From positions 3,808,001-3,872,000 of the forward strand of contig CAVUSO010000001.1 of NCBI GenBank assembly GCA_963744145.1: a stretch of 64,000 nucleotides of DNA, written 5' to 3'. This DNA comes from an uncultured cyanobacterium (lineage in GTDB: Bacteria > Cyanobacteriota > Cyanobacteriia > Cyanobacteriales > CAWUOF01). A program made the position numbers and the translations under genes. This document shows, one piece after another, positions 10,819-21,473 of this stretch; within the stretch, counting starts at the first letter, position 1, and every line of letters begins with the position of its first letter. The notes beneath the pieces are model-generated. The model was not told the DNA's origin. It worked only from the letters and a program-made list of their open reading frames with translations, and did not search any database.

Positions 10819-13800
10819 ATGCTGATTAATCAAGAGCAAGTTTTTTCGATGCAGAATCAATCTCAGCTACAATCATCCGGAGCATTTAACTCCCTTAATT
10901 ATGGCGGTATCTTACCAACAGAAATGGGAAATTTCAGTCAATTGAATAACCCAGGTAATATTGGGAGCGGAAATATTTCTCCTCCTAATAATCTCTTTAA
11001 TAATTCTCTTCAGACATCAAGCGATCGCCAAGTTCAATCGGTCAATAATCCCGCTCAAATTGATCCGATTACTGGACAAACACTCGGACAAAATTCTCCA
11101 GTGAATTCCGAAATAGACCCATTAACAAATAATAGTAATCAAGCACAAGTGAGTAACAATTATGGCAACTTACCCTTAAGTTTTATTGCCAATGAAGGAC
11201 AATTTGATGAACCAGTAAAATTTGAAGTGAAGGGAGCAAATGAGACAATTTCCTTTAGACCAGATGGGGTGATATTTAATAGTCAAAGCCAGAGTGGAGG
11301 GCAAAAACTCAATTCTGAAGTGAACTTAACTTTTGTAGGTGCTAATCAGCAGCCTAACATTGTGGGAGATGCTAAACTAGCAGGAGTAGCTAACTTCCTT
11401 ACCAGTAATGATTCCAGTCAATGGAAAACAAACGTTCCGACCTATGGGGATGTTATCTATCAACAAATCTATCAAGGAATTGATTTAGTTTATCTGGGGA
11501 ATACGGGACAACTCAAGAGTGAGTTTATCGTAGCACCGGGAGCAAATCCGAATCAAATCTTATTAAATTATCAAGGAGAAAAAGGAATAAGTATCGCCAG
11601 TAATGGAGACTTAGTATTACAAACTGAGTTAGGAGAGATGCGAGAAAAAGCACCGTTTATTTACCAAGATATTAACGGGAAACAGGTGCAAGTAACCGGA
11701 AACTATTATCTGTCAAATGATGGCAAAGTAGGGTTTAATATCGGTGATTACGATCGAAGTAAACCATTAGTAATCGATCCAGTATTGGGTTATTCAACTT
11801 ATTTAGGTCAACCCAGTAACTCTAGTGGATTGGGAATTGCTGTGGATAATAGTGGTGCTGCTTATGTAACTGGTGTTATTAGTGATATTGATTTGTCTTA
11901 TTTTAATCTCAGACAGGTCTCAAGTCCAAACTCTTATTATTCTCTTAGTAATGGTGCTTTTATCACCAAATTAAATCCTCAAGGGACAGGAGTGGTATAT
12001 TCTACTTTCTTTGGTGGACCTGGAGTTGTTGGTACTTGTATTACGGTTGATGCTAATGGTAATGCTTATATAGGAGGAACTGCTTTCGCAACATCAGATA
12101 TCTATTCAGGTGATATTCCCATTGTGGGTGGATTTCAAAAAACCTTGTTAACTAAGCCCAGTAATAATGGCTCGAATGGATTTGTAGCAGAGTTGAATTC
12201 TAGCGGTGCTGGTGTAATTTTTTCAAGTTATTTAGGAGGAACAGGTGGTTTCGATGAAATTAATGGGATTGCCATTGATAATGTCGTGCAGAATCCGTCT
12301 AACCCCCAATTGCATAATATCTATGTGACAGGAGCAACAAATTCAGCTGATTTTCCCACAGTAAATGCCCTATTTCCTAGATTCTCTGGATCTGGTGGTG
12401 GTACTGTTGCTTTTGTCACTAAAATTAGTGGAGGAAAGATCAACTACTCAACTTATTTAGGTGGCAATGACAATAGCCCTGAAAATCAAGGAAATGCGAT
12501 CGCTGTCGATAATGCTGGTGAAGCTTATGTGACAGGAATAACGGGTTCAACTGATTTTCCTCTTTTTAATGCTTTGCAAATCCAGCCATCAGGTGGTTTT
12601 ATTACTAAACTGAATGCAACTGGAAACGGATTAATCTTTTCTACCTATACAAATGCAGCTAGTGCGATCGCGGTCGATAATGTTGGTAACGCTTATATAA
12701 CAGGACAAATAAATTCTACCAGCTTTCCGATTATCAATGCGGTTCAAACCAACCCTAGTAATATGTTTGTAACTAAATACAATTCCAATGGTTCAGGGAT
12801 CTACTATTCTACCTATCTCGGTGGTAGCGGAGGGGGTACACCTACGGGAATCGCGGTTGATAACCTAGGTAATGCTTATATCACTGGGGTGACACGAGAT
12901 CCTACTGATTTTCCCATCCTAAATTCGATTCAAGGTCCATCAACATATGGTGGAGATGCTCTTTTTGTCACGAAAATCAATCCTGCTGATCATATAGTTT
13001 ACTCTACCTTATTGGATGACGCTGTTAGTGCAGCGATCGCGGTAGATAGTCAAGGTAATGCTTATTTAACCGGTTCTACCCCTGGTTCTAACCTCTCATC
13101 AAATTTTCCTATCATTAATGGCGGAGTTCAAAGTACCTCGAACTCTGCTTTTGTAACAAAAATAATCCCCAGAAATATTCCAGCTAATTCTAGTGATTTT
13201 AATCGAGATGGTAATAACGACATTATTCTCAGATATAAGCCCACTAACCAACTATTTGTCTGGATTATGAATGGGACAACTCCTACTAACTTAGTCCCTG
13301 TACCTATATCAGCTGGCGATCCGATAGTTACCGATCCGAACTCCAGTGTAGTAGGAGTGGGTGATTTTCTCAGAAATGGAAATCCTGATATTTTGTTTTA
13401 TAATACATCAAATCCTCAACCATTCATTGCGATGTGGCAGATGACTAGAGGAACCATTAGCTCACCTGGACCACAATCAAATACAAATTACTTCGCCGCT
13501 ACACTTCCGGACGCAAATTGGAGTATTCAAGGAGTAGGTGATTTTAATGGTGATGGTAATGCAGATATTGTATTGAAGTATGCACCGACGAATCAACCTT
13601 TTATCTGGATTATGGGCAGTAATTCTATCTCTTCCGTTCCATACCCTACCGGATTAGTCCCATTACCGCCACTAGCCAACAGTAACTGGAGTATTAAAGG
13701 AGTAGGAGATTTCACGGGAAATGGAAACCAAGATATTCTCTTATATTATGCACCGACCGGGCAACCTTTTATCTGGACGATGAACGGTACTACAGTGACT

Positions 13801-14004
13801 GGTTTAATTCCATTACCTTCTATGCCCGATCCGAATTGGAGTATTAAAAAAGTAGCTGATTTTAACGGTGCAGGAACCGCAGATATTCTCTGGTACAACT
13901 CCCAGACTAGACAAACTCTCGTCTGGTTTATGAATCAAGGTAAGGTTTCTGGTCAAGCTAATATCCCATCTTTTCCAACCGCTGATTGGGAAATAGTTGG
14001 TTAA
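10819..14004 (+). CDS. Large surface protein: SBBP beta-propeller repeats plus C-terminal FG-GAP/VCBS repeats
   Basis: Repeated YSTYLGG..IAVD..GNAY.TG units; C-terminal GVGDFNGDG..DI repeats; low-complexity Q/N/S N-terminus. Confidence 0.85.
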   Translation: MLINQEQVFSMQNQSQLQSSGAFNSLNYGGILPTEMGNFSQLNNPGNIGSGNISPPNNLFNNSLQTSSDRQVQSVNNPAQIDPITGQTLGQNSPVNSEIDPLTNNSNQAQVSNNYGNLPLSFIANEGQFDEPVKFEVKGANETISFRPDGVIFNSQSQSGGQKLNSEVNLTFVGANQQPNIVGDAKLAGVANFLTSNDSSQWKTNVPTYGDVIYQQIYQGIDLVYLGNTGQLKSEFIVAPGANPNQILLNYQGEKGISIASNGDLVLQTELGEMREKAPFIYQDINGKQVQVTGNYYLSNDGKVGFNIGDYDRSKPLVIDPVLGYSTYLGQPSNSSGLGIAVDNSGAAYVTGVISDIDLSYFNLRQVSSPNSYYSLSNGAFITKLNPQGTGVVYSTFFGGPGVVGTCITVDANGNAYIGGTAFATSDIYSGDIPIVGGFQKTLLTKPSNNGSNGFVAELNSSGAGVIFSSYLGGTGGFDEINGIAIDNVVQNPSNPQLHNIYVTGATNSADFPTVNALFPRFSGSGGGTVAFVTKISGGKINYSTYLGGNDNSPENQGNAIAVDNAGEAYVTGITGSTDFPLFNALQIQPSGGFITKLNATGNGLIFSTYTNAASAIAVDNVGNAYITGQINSTSFPIINAVQTNPSNMFVTKYNSNGSGIYYSTYLGGSGGGTPTGIAVDNLGNAYITGVTRDPTDFPILNSIQGPSTYGGDALFVTKINPADHIVYSTLLDDAVSAAIAVDSQGNAYLTGSTPGSNLSSNFPIINGGVQSTSNSAFVTKIIPRNIPANSSDFNRDGNNDIILRYKPTNQLFVWIMNGTTPTNLVPVPISAGDPIVTDPNSSVVGVGDFLRNGNPDILFYNTSNPQPFIAMWQMTRGTISSPGPQSNTNYFAATLPDANWSIQGVGDFNGDGNADIVLKYAPTNQPFIWIMGSNSISSVPYPTGLVPLPPLANSNWSIKGVGDFTGNGNQDILLYYAPTGQPFIWTMNGTTVTGLIPLPSMPDPNWSIKKVADFNGAGTADILWYNSQTRQTLVWFMNQGKVSGQANIPSFPTADWEIVG

Positions 14005-14082
14005 GGTGAGGATTCTATCTTGAGGTAAAATTAATCGACCCTGGGTGGTAGTTAGTTTAATCGACTAGCGATCGCCCTTCAA

Positions 14083-14577
14083 TTACCATCCCATTGTTCC
14101 CGGTTCACCTTTAAATGGTCCAACAACATCAGTGGTAATCCATCCTCCATAGAAATTACCAGATTGGGGTGTCACCAACTCATCATTGACATAACAAGCA
14201 TCCATTAAACTAGCATTAAAACCATAGTATTCTTGCAGGGACAAAAAATTAGGAGTAGTCGCAATATATTGCCAAACCGCATAGTTAATATACTGATCAC
14301 CAATCTTAACATCATAATATTGATAGCGACCTTTCCATTCACACAAGTTTTTTTTCTCTGTAGCAATCAGATATTCTAGTTTAATGTCTTCAGGTGGAAA
14401 ATAATAGCTAGGGGGATGACTGGTTTCTAACACCCTTTTACCTCGGGTAGTTTCAGCCAAAACAATCCCCTTACAAATCACTTTTAGATGTTTATTGGTA
14501 TCTTGTAAAATTGCCGGACGTGGATAATCCCAAACAGATTCTTGACCGGGTTTTGGTGGAATAGGAAGAGGTCTCAT
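14083..14577 (-). CDS. DUF427 domain protein
   Basis: Motifs ESVWDYPRP, VLETSHPPSYYFP, CEWKG and FYGGWIT..GPFKG. Confidence 0.85.
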   Translation of the reverse strand: MRPLPIPPKPGQESVWDYPRPAILQDTNKHLKVICKGIVLAETTRGKRVLETSHPPSYYFPPEDIKLEYLIATEKKNLCEWKGRYQYYDVKIGDQYINYAVWQYIATTPNFLSLQEYYGFNASLMDACYVNDELVTPQSGNFYGGWITTDVVGPFKGEPGTMGW

Positions 14578-14636
14578 AAATCTCCGATTGCAGATTTTTC
14601 AGTGATAGAGCGATCGCCTGATCAAGTTATTATGAT

Positions 14637-15338
14637 TTAGTCAGGTAAATTGCCAAAATGCTGCTGATAACGAGCTAATAACATTTCCAACTGTTCAAGT
14701 CGAAGATGTTCTTGTTCAGCTCTTTGCTCTGCTTGAATTCTGGCTAAATTTTCCTGTTCTAGAGCATCTAACAACTCATCGGGAGTTAACAATTTTTTGC
14801 CATTATCTTCGCGATAAAAACTAATCAAATCACCTTCCACAGCTAAACTCAATTGTAAAGGATCACTCCGACCATCAAAAATTTCCTCAAACACCTCTCC
14901 TCGTAAACGATAACCCCGCAACCTTTCGGGAATCCACTCTCCTTTGGGATCAAACAACCAATATTCTCTTACCCCCAACTGTTCATACAGAATTCTCTTA
15001 AAGCTTTTATCATAGTCTTCAGTTTCTTTACCAGTGATTTCAAAAATCACTACCGGAATCTGACCTTCTTCCCAAATTTTATAACCATCCCTTAACCTGG
15101 GTTGCACATCAAAAATCACCATCACATCAGGAGCAGTTCGCAATTTCGGAAAACCTTGAGCATAATAAAGAAACTGATTAGCCAAAACACTTGCTTGATG
15201 ACCTTTAAGATATTGTCGCAGGACTTGTAAAGTATTGAGCAGCACATAAAAATTATCAACTGCTTCCATCCCAGGTTCATAATTTCGACCCTGAGCCAAA
15301 GGTTGAGCGGGTTCTTCTATGTATGAGTCAAAAGTCAT
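14637..15338 (-). CDS. Uma2 family endonuclease-like protein
   Basis: Motifs APDVMVIF, P.VIFEIT and YEQLGVREYWLFDP, with a coiled-coil tail; start placed at the ATG at 15338. Confidence 0.8.
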   Translation of the reverse strand: MTFDSYIEEPAQPLAQGRNYEPGMEAVDNFYVLLNTLQVLRQYLKGHQASVLANQFLYYAQGFPKLRTAPDVMVIFDVQPRLRDGYKIWEEGQIPVVIFEITGKETEDYDKSFKRILYEQLGVREYWLFDPKGEWIPERLRGYRLRGEVFEEIFDGRSDPLQLSLAVEGDLISFYREDNGKKLLTPDELLDALEQENLARIQAEQRAEQEHLRLEQLEMLLARYQQHFGNLPD

Positions 15339-15479
15339 AAGGATATTTTGAGGTTGATTGTCTATTTTAGGATACTTGCAAGCTGATCTCAATTTATCTC
15401 GGCAATTTTCCCTGGTTCAACTTGGATATCTGAATCCGGAAACTGAGATAATGATTGTCCGAACTAGAGAAAAACTACT

Positions 15480-17282
15480 ATGCGACTGTCCCAAATGCTA
15501 TTCGTCACTCTGCGGGAAGACCCAGCTGAAGCAGAGATACCTAGTCATAAACTCTTACTCCGAGCAGGTTACATCCGTCGAATTGGTAGTGGTATTTATG
15601 CTTATTTACCTCTGATGTGGCGCGTTTTAAAAAAAGTATCCCAAATTGTCCGGGAAGAAATGGACGCAACTGGGGCCGAAGAATGTTTGTTACCCCAAAT
15701 TCAACCAGCAGAATTATGGCAAGAATCGGGTCGTTGGGATACCTATACTAAAGCTGAGGGGATTATGTTTTCCCTAACCGATCGACAAGAACGAAAACTG
15801 GGACTTGGACCAACTCACGAAGAAGTAATTACCACGATCGCGAAAGAACTGATCCGCTCCTATCGACAATTACCTTTACATCTTTACCAAATCCAAACTA
15901 AATTTCGGGATGAAATTCGTCCTCGTTTTGGGTTAATGCGAGGAAGAGAATTTATTATGAAAGATGGCTACTCTTTTCACACCGATGAAGAAAGCCTAAA
16001 AAAAACTTACCAAGATATGAACCGTGCTTATAGTAATATGCTCCGTCGGTCTGGGTTAGCTTTTCGTGCAGTTGAAGCTGATTCTGGAGCAATTGGTGGA
16101 TCGGGTTCTCAAGAATTTATGGTATTAGCAGAAGCTGGCGAAGATGAAGTGATCTACACTGAAGATGGCAAATATGCAGCTAATGTAGAAAAAGCTGTTG
16201 CTTTACCTCCTGATCCCGAACCATCTCCTTTTACCAGTTATGAAAAACGCTCAACTCCAGAAACCGATACCATTCCCAAACTCTGCAAATTTCTCAAGTG
16301 TTCTGCTACTCAAATAGTCAAAAATATCCTTTATCAGGCTCTTTACGATCAAGGAACAACCGTTTTAGTATTGGTCAGTATCCGTGGCGATCGCGATGTG
16401 AATGAAGTAAAATTGCAAAATGAATTAACTAAACTAGCATCTCAATATAAGTCTCAAACTTTACTAACTCTTAAAGTTCCGGATGCTGAGGAACAGCAAA
16501 AATGGGCTGCTCGGTCTCTTCCTTTAGGTTACATTGCTCCTAATCTAGGTGATGATTATATTAGTAAGGTTAAAGATATCGCACCGCAGTTTTTGCGTTT
16601 AGTAGATCGAACAGCGGTAGATTTAACCAATTTCGTCACTGGTAGTAATGAATCTGGTTATCATGTTGTTGGTGCTAATTGGAATCAGCAATTTCCCTTA
16701 CCCCAAGTAGTTGATATTCAGAAAGCCAAACCAGGCGATCGAGCGATTCACGATCCAGAACAAATTCTCCAAAGTGCTAGAGGAATTGAAGTTGGTCATA
16801 TTTTTCAATTAGGAAGCAAATATTCCCAAGCAATGAACGCAACCTATACTAATGAACAAGGTGAAGAAATTCCTTTAATTATGGGTTGTTATGGAGTAGG
16901 AGTTTCCCGGTTAGCACAATCAGCAGTAGAACAATCTTATGATCAAAATGGGATAATTTGGCCCGTCGCGATCGCTCCCTATCATGCAATTGTCACGATT
17001 CCTAATATCACTGATCCTCAACAAGTTGAAATTGCAGAAAAACTCTATAATGAGTTAAACCAAGCTGGAATTGAAACTCTGTTAGACGATCGAGATGAAC
17101 GAGCTGGGGTAAAATTTAAAGATGCGGATTTAATCGGAATTCCCTATCGAATTGTTCCGGGTCGATCTCTGAAATCAGGTAAGGTAGAAGTAGTTGAACG
17201 CGCTACTCAAAAATCTCAAGAAATTCCCATTGCTGACGTTAAATCCACGCTGAAACAATGGATTGAATCTGCTTGCTCTTAG
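15480..17282 (+). CDS. proS: Proline--tRNA ligase
   Basis: Motifs [36 protein letters not shown] and [11 protein letters not shown]. Confidence 0.98.
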   Translation: MRLSQMLFVTLREDPAEAEIPSHKLLLRAGYIRRIGSGIYAYLPLMWRVLKKVSQIVREEMDATGAEECLLPQIQPAELWQESGRWDTYTKAEGIMFSLTDRQERKLGLGPTHEEVITTIAKELIRSYRQLPLHLYQIQTKFRDEIRPRFGLMRGREFIMKDGYSFHTDEESLKKTYQDMNRAYSNMLRRSGLAFRAVEADSGAIGGSGSQEFMVLAEAGEDEVIYTEDGKYAANVEKAVALPPDPEPSPFTSYEKRSTPETDTIPKLCKFLKCSATQIVKNILYQALYDQGTTVLVLVSIRGDRDVNEVKLQNELTKLASQYKSQTLLTLKVPDAEEQQKWAARSLPLGYIAPNLGDDYISKVKDIAPQFLRLVDRTAVDLTNFVTGSNESGYHVVGANWNQQFPLPQVVDIQKAKPGDRAIHDPEQILQSARGIEVGHIFQLGSKYSQAMNATYTNEQGEEIPLIMGCYGVGVSRLAQSAVEQSYDQNGIIWPVAIAPYHAIVTIPNITDPQQVEIAEKLYNELNQAGIETLLDDRDERAGVKFKDADLIGIPYRIVPGRSLKSGKVEVVERATQKSQEIPIADVKSTLKQWIESACS

Positions 17283-17407
17283 CTGATTTCTATCACTAAA
17301 TTTAACCCTCACAAACACTCTAATTTTGTTAATGATCAGATGCTTAAGAGTTAGGAATAATACTTGGTTTGTAGTAAGCGCTTACTACAAACGAATTATT
17401 TAATTTC

Positions 17408-18079
17408 TATAGCGTATTCCAGGTTTGTGAAGTATAGCACTTGTGTCGATGTTTCGACTACACTCAACACAAGGCATAGTCGAGATAGTGTTGTCTGTGA
17501 ATGGAAGATGGGGTAGTTCATCAAGGTGATCTGTGGGGCAGGGCGGGTTCATGAAGGTTATTTGTGTGTGGCAAATTCAGCGGTGAACCCGCCCCTACGA
17601 GATCATAAAAATGTATTGTCAATGAATTTATAAAGCAGGATTTGTAGGGGCGGGTTCACCAGTTAATTCTGACATAAATAGATCAACATCATCAACCCGC
17701 CCAACCAACACAGATCAATCACAATTGACTTTAACTGATCGGACAGACAAGATGCCTATCTCACAATCTTACTGTACTTCATCAACAGGTTATCCGCAAG
17801 GTGATCTGTGGGGCAGGGCGGGTTCATGAAGGTTATTTGTGTGTAGCAAATTCAGCGGTGAACCCGCCCCTACGAGATCATAAAAATGTATTGTCAATGA
17901 ATTTATAAAGCAGGATTTGTAGGGGCGGGTTCACCAGTTAATTCTGACATAAATAGATCAACATCATCAACCCGCCCAACCAACACAGATCAATCACAAT
18001 TGACTTTAACTGTTCGGACAGGCAAGATGCCTTTCCCATCACAATCTTACTGTACTTTATCAACAGGTCATCCGCTGTA
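17408..18079. mobile_element. MITE-like composite with imperfect ~30-bp TIRs, containing REP-like palindromes and an internal ~275-bp tandem duplication
   Basis: Left end TATAGCGTATTCCAGGTTTGTGAAGTATAG versus reverse-complemented right end TACAGCGGATGACCTGTTGATAAAGTACAG. Units 17523-17797 and 17798-18075 are nearly identical and carry GTAGGGGCGGGTTCAC / GTGAACCCGCCCCTAC pairs. Confidence 0.7.
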
Positions 18080-18107
18080 TTCCTTAAATATTTCCTAAAT
18101 TAATATC

Positions 18108-18908
18108 ATGGAATTTTTGACCATATTACTATCAACACTACTAACTTTAGTCTCACCAACCGGGTTAATAGTAGATCGAGCTGGTGAAAATATAATTCGG
18201 GCTAGATTTAAAAAAGTTGAACACCTAAAAGTTCGAGTAGATAATCCTCCTGCTTATCAAATATTACAAGGTAAAATTGAGCGATTATTAATTGCTGGAA
18301 GCGGATTGTTTCCTAGTCAAGATTTCCGAATTGATCTACTAGAAATCGAAACAGATCCAATTAAAATTGATCCGAATAGCTTCAAAAAAAGAAAACCCAA
18401 ATTAAAACAACCCTTCCAAGCAGGAATTCATTTAGTCTTAAAACAAGAAGACATTAATCAAGCTCTGCGATCGCCACAAATCAAGGAAAAATTAGCTAAA
18501 ATTAGTGGTAATTTTCTCAAATATCCACAATTGCAACCAGGACAACAGTTAGAATTTATCAATCCACATCTAGAATTTTTACAGAACAATCGAATCCTGA
18601 TCCAAATAGAGATCAAAGAAAGAGAATTCCCTGATTTATTAACCATATCGGCTGAAACTGGACTAGCAGTAATTCGCGGACATCAATTACAATTAATCCA
18701 ACCCATCATTTTGATTAATGGTCAAGCAGCACCGACCAAACTGGTAAACGCGATCGCGACGGGATTTAATACCAAATTAGACCTGAGTCGTTTAGAATCC
18801 CGTGGAATTACTGCCAGATTACTACAATTAAAAATAACACCTACCAGACTAGACATGGCCACATTTATCAAAATCGAGCCCCGATTTCTGGAAAATCACC
18901 AATTTTGA
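18108..18908 (+). CDS. DUF2993 (LmeA-like) protein
   Basis: N-terminal hydrophobic segment and P.YQILQGKIERL.IAG.G pattern typical of cyanobacterial DUF2993. Confidence 0.7.
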   Translation: MEFLTILLSTLLTLVSPTGLIVDRAGENIIRARFKKVEHLKVRVDNPPAYQILQGKIERLLIAGSGLFPSQDFRIDLLEIETDPIKIDPNSFKKRKPKLKQPFQAGIHLVLKQEDINQALRSPQIKEKLAKISGNFLKYPQLQPGQQLEFINPHLEFLQNNRILIQIEIKEREFPDLLTISAETGLAVIRGHQLQLIQPIILINGQAAPTKLVNAIATGFNTKLDLSRLESRGITARLLQLKITPTRLDMATFIKIEPRFLENHQF

Positions 18909-18992
18909 TGTAGTTAGCGAAGGGAGTGCCATATTTATACCCTTAATCTAACTAATTTAAACCCTACCCAATCTTTCCGGAGAATTAAATAT

Positions 18993-19637
18993 ATGCAAAA
19001 GCAACAACCTCATCATCACCTTTGGCTCCGTATAATTACGGGTTTCTCAGTTCTGATCGTCAGTGTGGGTCTCGCTTGGTGGACTTGGTACGAGAAAACC
19101 AATCTGTCAATTTCCACCCATACTAATACCATTAAATCATTACCAGTAGCACAACTAGATCAACCAGTAGCACAAAAACTTCCAGAACTAAAAGCTAAAG
19201 ATTTAGCGAAAGAAAATGTTCCAGAAGTTTACTGGCTCCAGGATACAGGTAATCATGTCGAACTTGTTCCCAGTCGAATCCAGCAAAAAGCTGTAGACCG
19301 AGCTAGCACCCTAGAGATTGCTTTCCATCGATTATTAGATCAACCAAAAGATACTAATCTCTTCAGCGCTATCCCTCAAGGGACAAAAATCCTCAAGGTC
19401 AACATAGAGGTAGACGGGGTTCATATTAATTTATCCCAAGAATTTACCAAGGGCGGAGGTAGTGCGTCCATGATCGGTAGATTGGGACAAATTCTTTATA
19501 CTGCTACGAGTTTAGAACCAAGAGCCATGGTATGGATTTCCGTAGAAGGAAAACCATTAACTACCTTGGGTGGGGAAGGTTTAGAGATTTCTCAACCCAT
19601 CGATCGTCACAGTTTTGACACCAGTTTTCAGCTTTAA
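18993..19637 (+). CDS. GerMN domain protein
   Basis: TM anchor; motif SAIPQGT..INLSQEF..GGGSASM..RLGQILYTAT..V.ISVEG. Confidence 0.88.
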   Translation: MQKQQPHHHLWLRIITGFSVLIVSVGLAWWTWYEKTNLSISTHTNTIKSLPVAQLDQPVAQKLPELKAKDLAKENVPEVYWLQDTGNHVELVPSRIQQKAVDRASTLEIAFHRLLDQPKDTNLFSAIPQGTKILKVNIEVDGVHINLSQEFTKGGGSASMIGRLGQILYTATSLEPRAMVWISVEGKPLTTLGGEGLEISQPIDRHSFDTSFQL

Positions 19638-19644
19638 ACAGCCA

Positions 19645-19998
19645 TTAGCGTTTTGCCGTTAAACTAAAATCACGAAACTGACGGGCTTGTTCTTCAATCC
19701 GAGTAGCCAGACGATCGCAAACTAAGTTACATAACTCAAAAATTAAATCATCTTCTACTCGATAATAGGCGGAAGTTCCTTCAGTTCGGCGGCTGAGAAT
19801 ACCAGCTTGAAGCATAACTTTTAGGTGTTTTGAGACATTTGCTTGACTAGTTTGGGTAGCTTCAACCAAATCTTGGACACATTTCTCACCGTCGCGGAGC
19901 AAATTTAAAATTCGCAGCCGCATCGGCTCACCTAAAATACTGAAATACTCAGCAACTTGTTGTACAACTTCCTGTGGTACATTAGGCGCTGCTTTCAT
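19645..19998 (-). CDS. ArsR/SmtB family transcriptional regulator
   Basis: Motif F..LGEPMRLRIL..L..GEKCV..SQANVSKHLKVM. Confidence 0.9.
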   Translation of the reverse strand: MKAAPNVPQEVVQQVAEYFSILGEPMRLRILNLLRDGEKCVQDLVEATQTSQANVSKHLKVMLQAGILSRRTEGTSAYYRVEDDLIFELCNLVCDRLATRIEEQARQFRDFSLTAKR

Positions 19999-20074
19999 CG
20001 GCTTTAACCAGAAATAACTGATCCCCAAATTGTAGCAATCTACATATCTATAACGATAGAAGAATCTTTAACCT

Positions 20075-20596
20075 TTAGCTAGGATTAATTCGCATTAGTA
20101 GTTGGTCATATTCCACCGGTTCCCCATTTTTGACCAAAATTTCCATCACCTGTCCTGAGATTTCCGCTTCAATTTCATTCATAAGTTTCATCGCTTCAAT
20201 CGTACAAATCGTTTGACCCACAGAAATGCGATCGCCAATTTCCACAAAAGGGGCTTCACCTGGCGCGGGGGCCCGATAAAAAGTCCCTACCATTGGTGAT
20301 TTCACTTCTACCCACCGTTTATCAACTGGTGGTGTTAAGGTTGGTGCTAGTCCGGTGGTTACACCACTAGGATGAGAACTCTCAACTTCAGGTGTTTTTA
20401 TTACTAGGGTTGATGAAGGTGTAACCACAGGTGCTAATTCAGGTACAGTGCTGCTATCTAAAGACCTAGATGCAGTCCCGGACAGATTCTTACGCACCAT
20501 CAATTCAAAATCAGCACTTTTTAAACTTAGTTCAGCGATTTCGGTGCGATCAAAAGCCGCTAGCAGTTCGCAAAGTTGCTTAAAATCCAATTGCAC
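20075..20596 (-). CDS. accB: Acetyl-CoA carboxylase biotin carboxyl carrier protein
   Basis: SPMVGTFYRAP and the EAMKLMN biotinylation motif; adjacent to efp. Confidence 0.97.
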   Translation of the reverse strand: MQLDFKQLCELLAAFDRTEIAELSLKSADFELMVRKNLSGTASRSLDSSTVPELAPVVTPSSTLVIKTPEVESSHPSGVTTGLAPTLTPPVDKRWVEVKSPMVGTFYRAPAPGEAPFVEIGDRISVGQTICTIEAMKLMNEIEAEISGQVMEILVKNGEPVEYDQLLMRINPS

Positions 20597-20717
20597 AGCT
20601 TTGTATCCTTAATATCTGTTCAGATGGGCAAAACGCCCATCAGTAATTATTGGTCAATGCTCCATCAGCTCAGACTCAGGATCAATTGACCAATAACCAA
20701 TCATTCCTGACAACAAT

Positions 20718-21275
20718 TTATTCCCGTCCCAAATAAGTATCTGAGCGAGTATCAATGCGAATGCGCTCTCCCACAGAAATAAAGAGAGGAACCATGACTT
20801 GGGCACCAGTTGTAACAATGGCAGGTTTAGTCCCGCCAGTCGCAGTATCTCCTTTGACTCCTGGATCAGTTTCAATTACCTCTAAAACTACGGAATTAGG
20901 CAGTTCCACATCGAGAACTTGTTCTCCCCAGCGGATCACATTCACCTCCATCCCTTCAATCAAATACTTGACGCGATCGCCAATTTGGGAGGCATTTAAT
21001 CTACCTTCTTCGTAATTTTCCATATCCATAAAGACATAGTCATCACCTTCTTTATAGGTATGTTGCATGGTGTTCTTTTCCAGATTAGCTTGGGGCACGG
21101 TTTCCCCTGCCCGGAAGGTTCGCTCTACTACATTACCGTTCTGTGCATTTTTGAGTTTGGTTCTGACAAAAGCAGAACCTTTTCCTGGCTTGACGTGGAG
21201 AAATTCCACAACTCGCCATACTCCTCCGTCTAGTACGATGGTGACACCTGGTCGAAAGTCGTTACTGGAGATCAT
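20718..21275 (-). CDS. efp: Elongation factor P
   Basis: Motifs [14 protein letters not shown] and [15 protein letters not shown]. Confidence 0.98.
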   Translation of the reverse strand: MISSNDFRPGVTIVLDGGVWRVVEFLHVKPGKGSAFVRTKLKNAQNGNVVERTFRAGETVPQANLEKNTMQHTYKEGDDYVFMDMENYEEGRLNASQIGDRVKYLIEGMEVNVIRWGEQVLDVELPNSVVLEVIETDPGVKGDTATGGTKPAIVTTGAQVMVPLFISVGERIRIDTRSDTYLGRE

Positions 21276-21473
21276 GAAATTTGATGTTTGGGCAGATCAA
21301 TCGGCAATCTATTTTAACTCTCTGGTGGCACTTACCTATCATTTCTGACGGAGAGTCACAAAAAAGTTAATGAGGATTTTAATCTTTGACCCATTTAGCC
21401 GATCAGTAACACCCCTATGGCAAGATGAGAAAAGCACAAGCCTAAAATCTGATTTTGCCGCAATTGTGAATTT

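Noticed and set aside
17523..18075. Possible CRISPR array
   Set aside because: Two long near-identical units with REP-like palindromes; no unique spacers and no cas genes.
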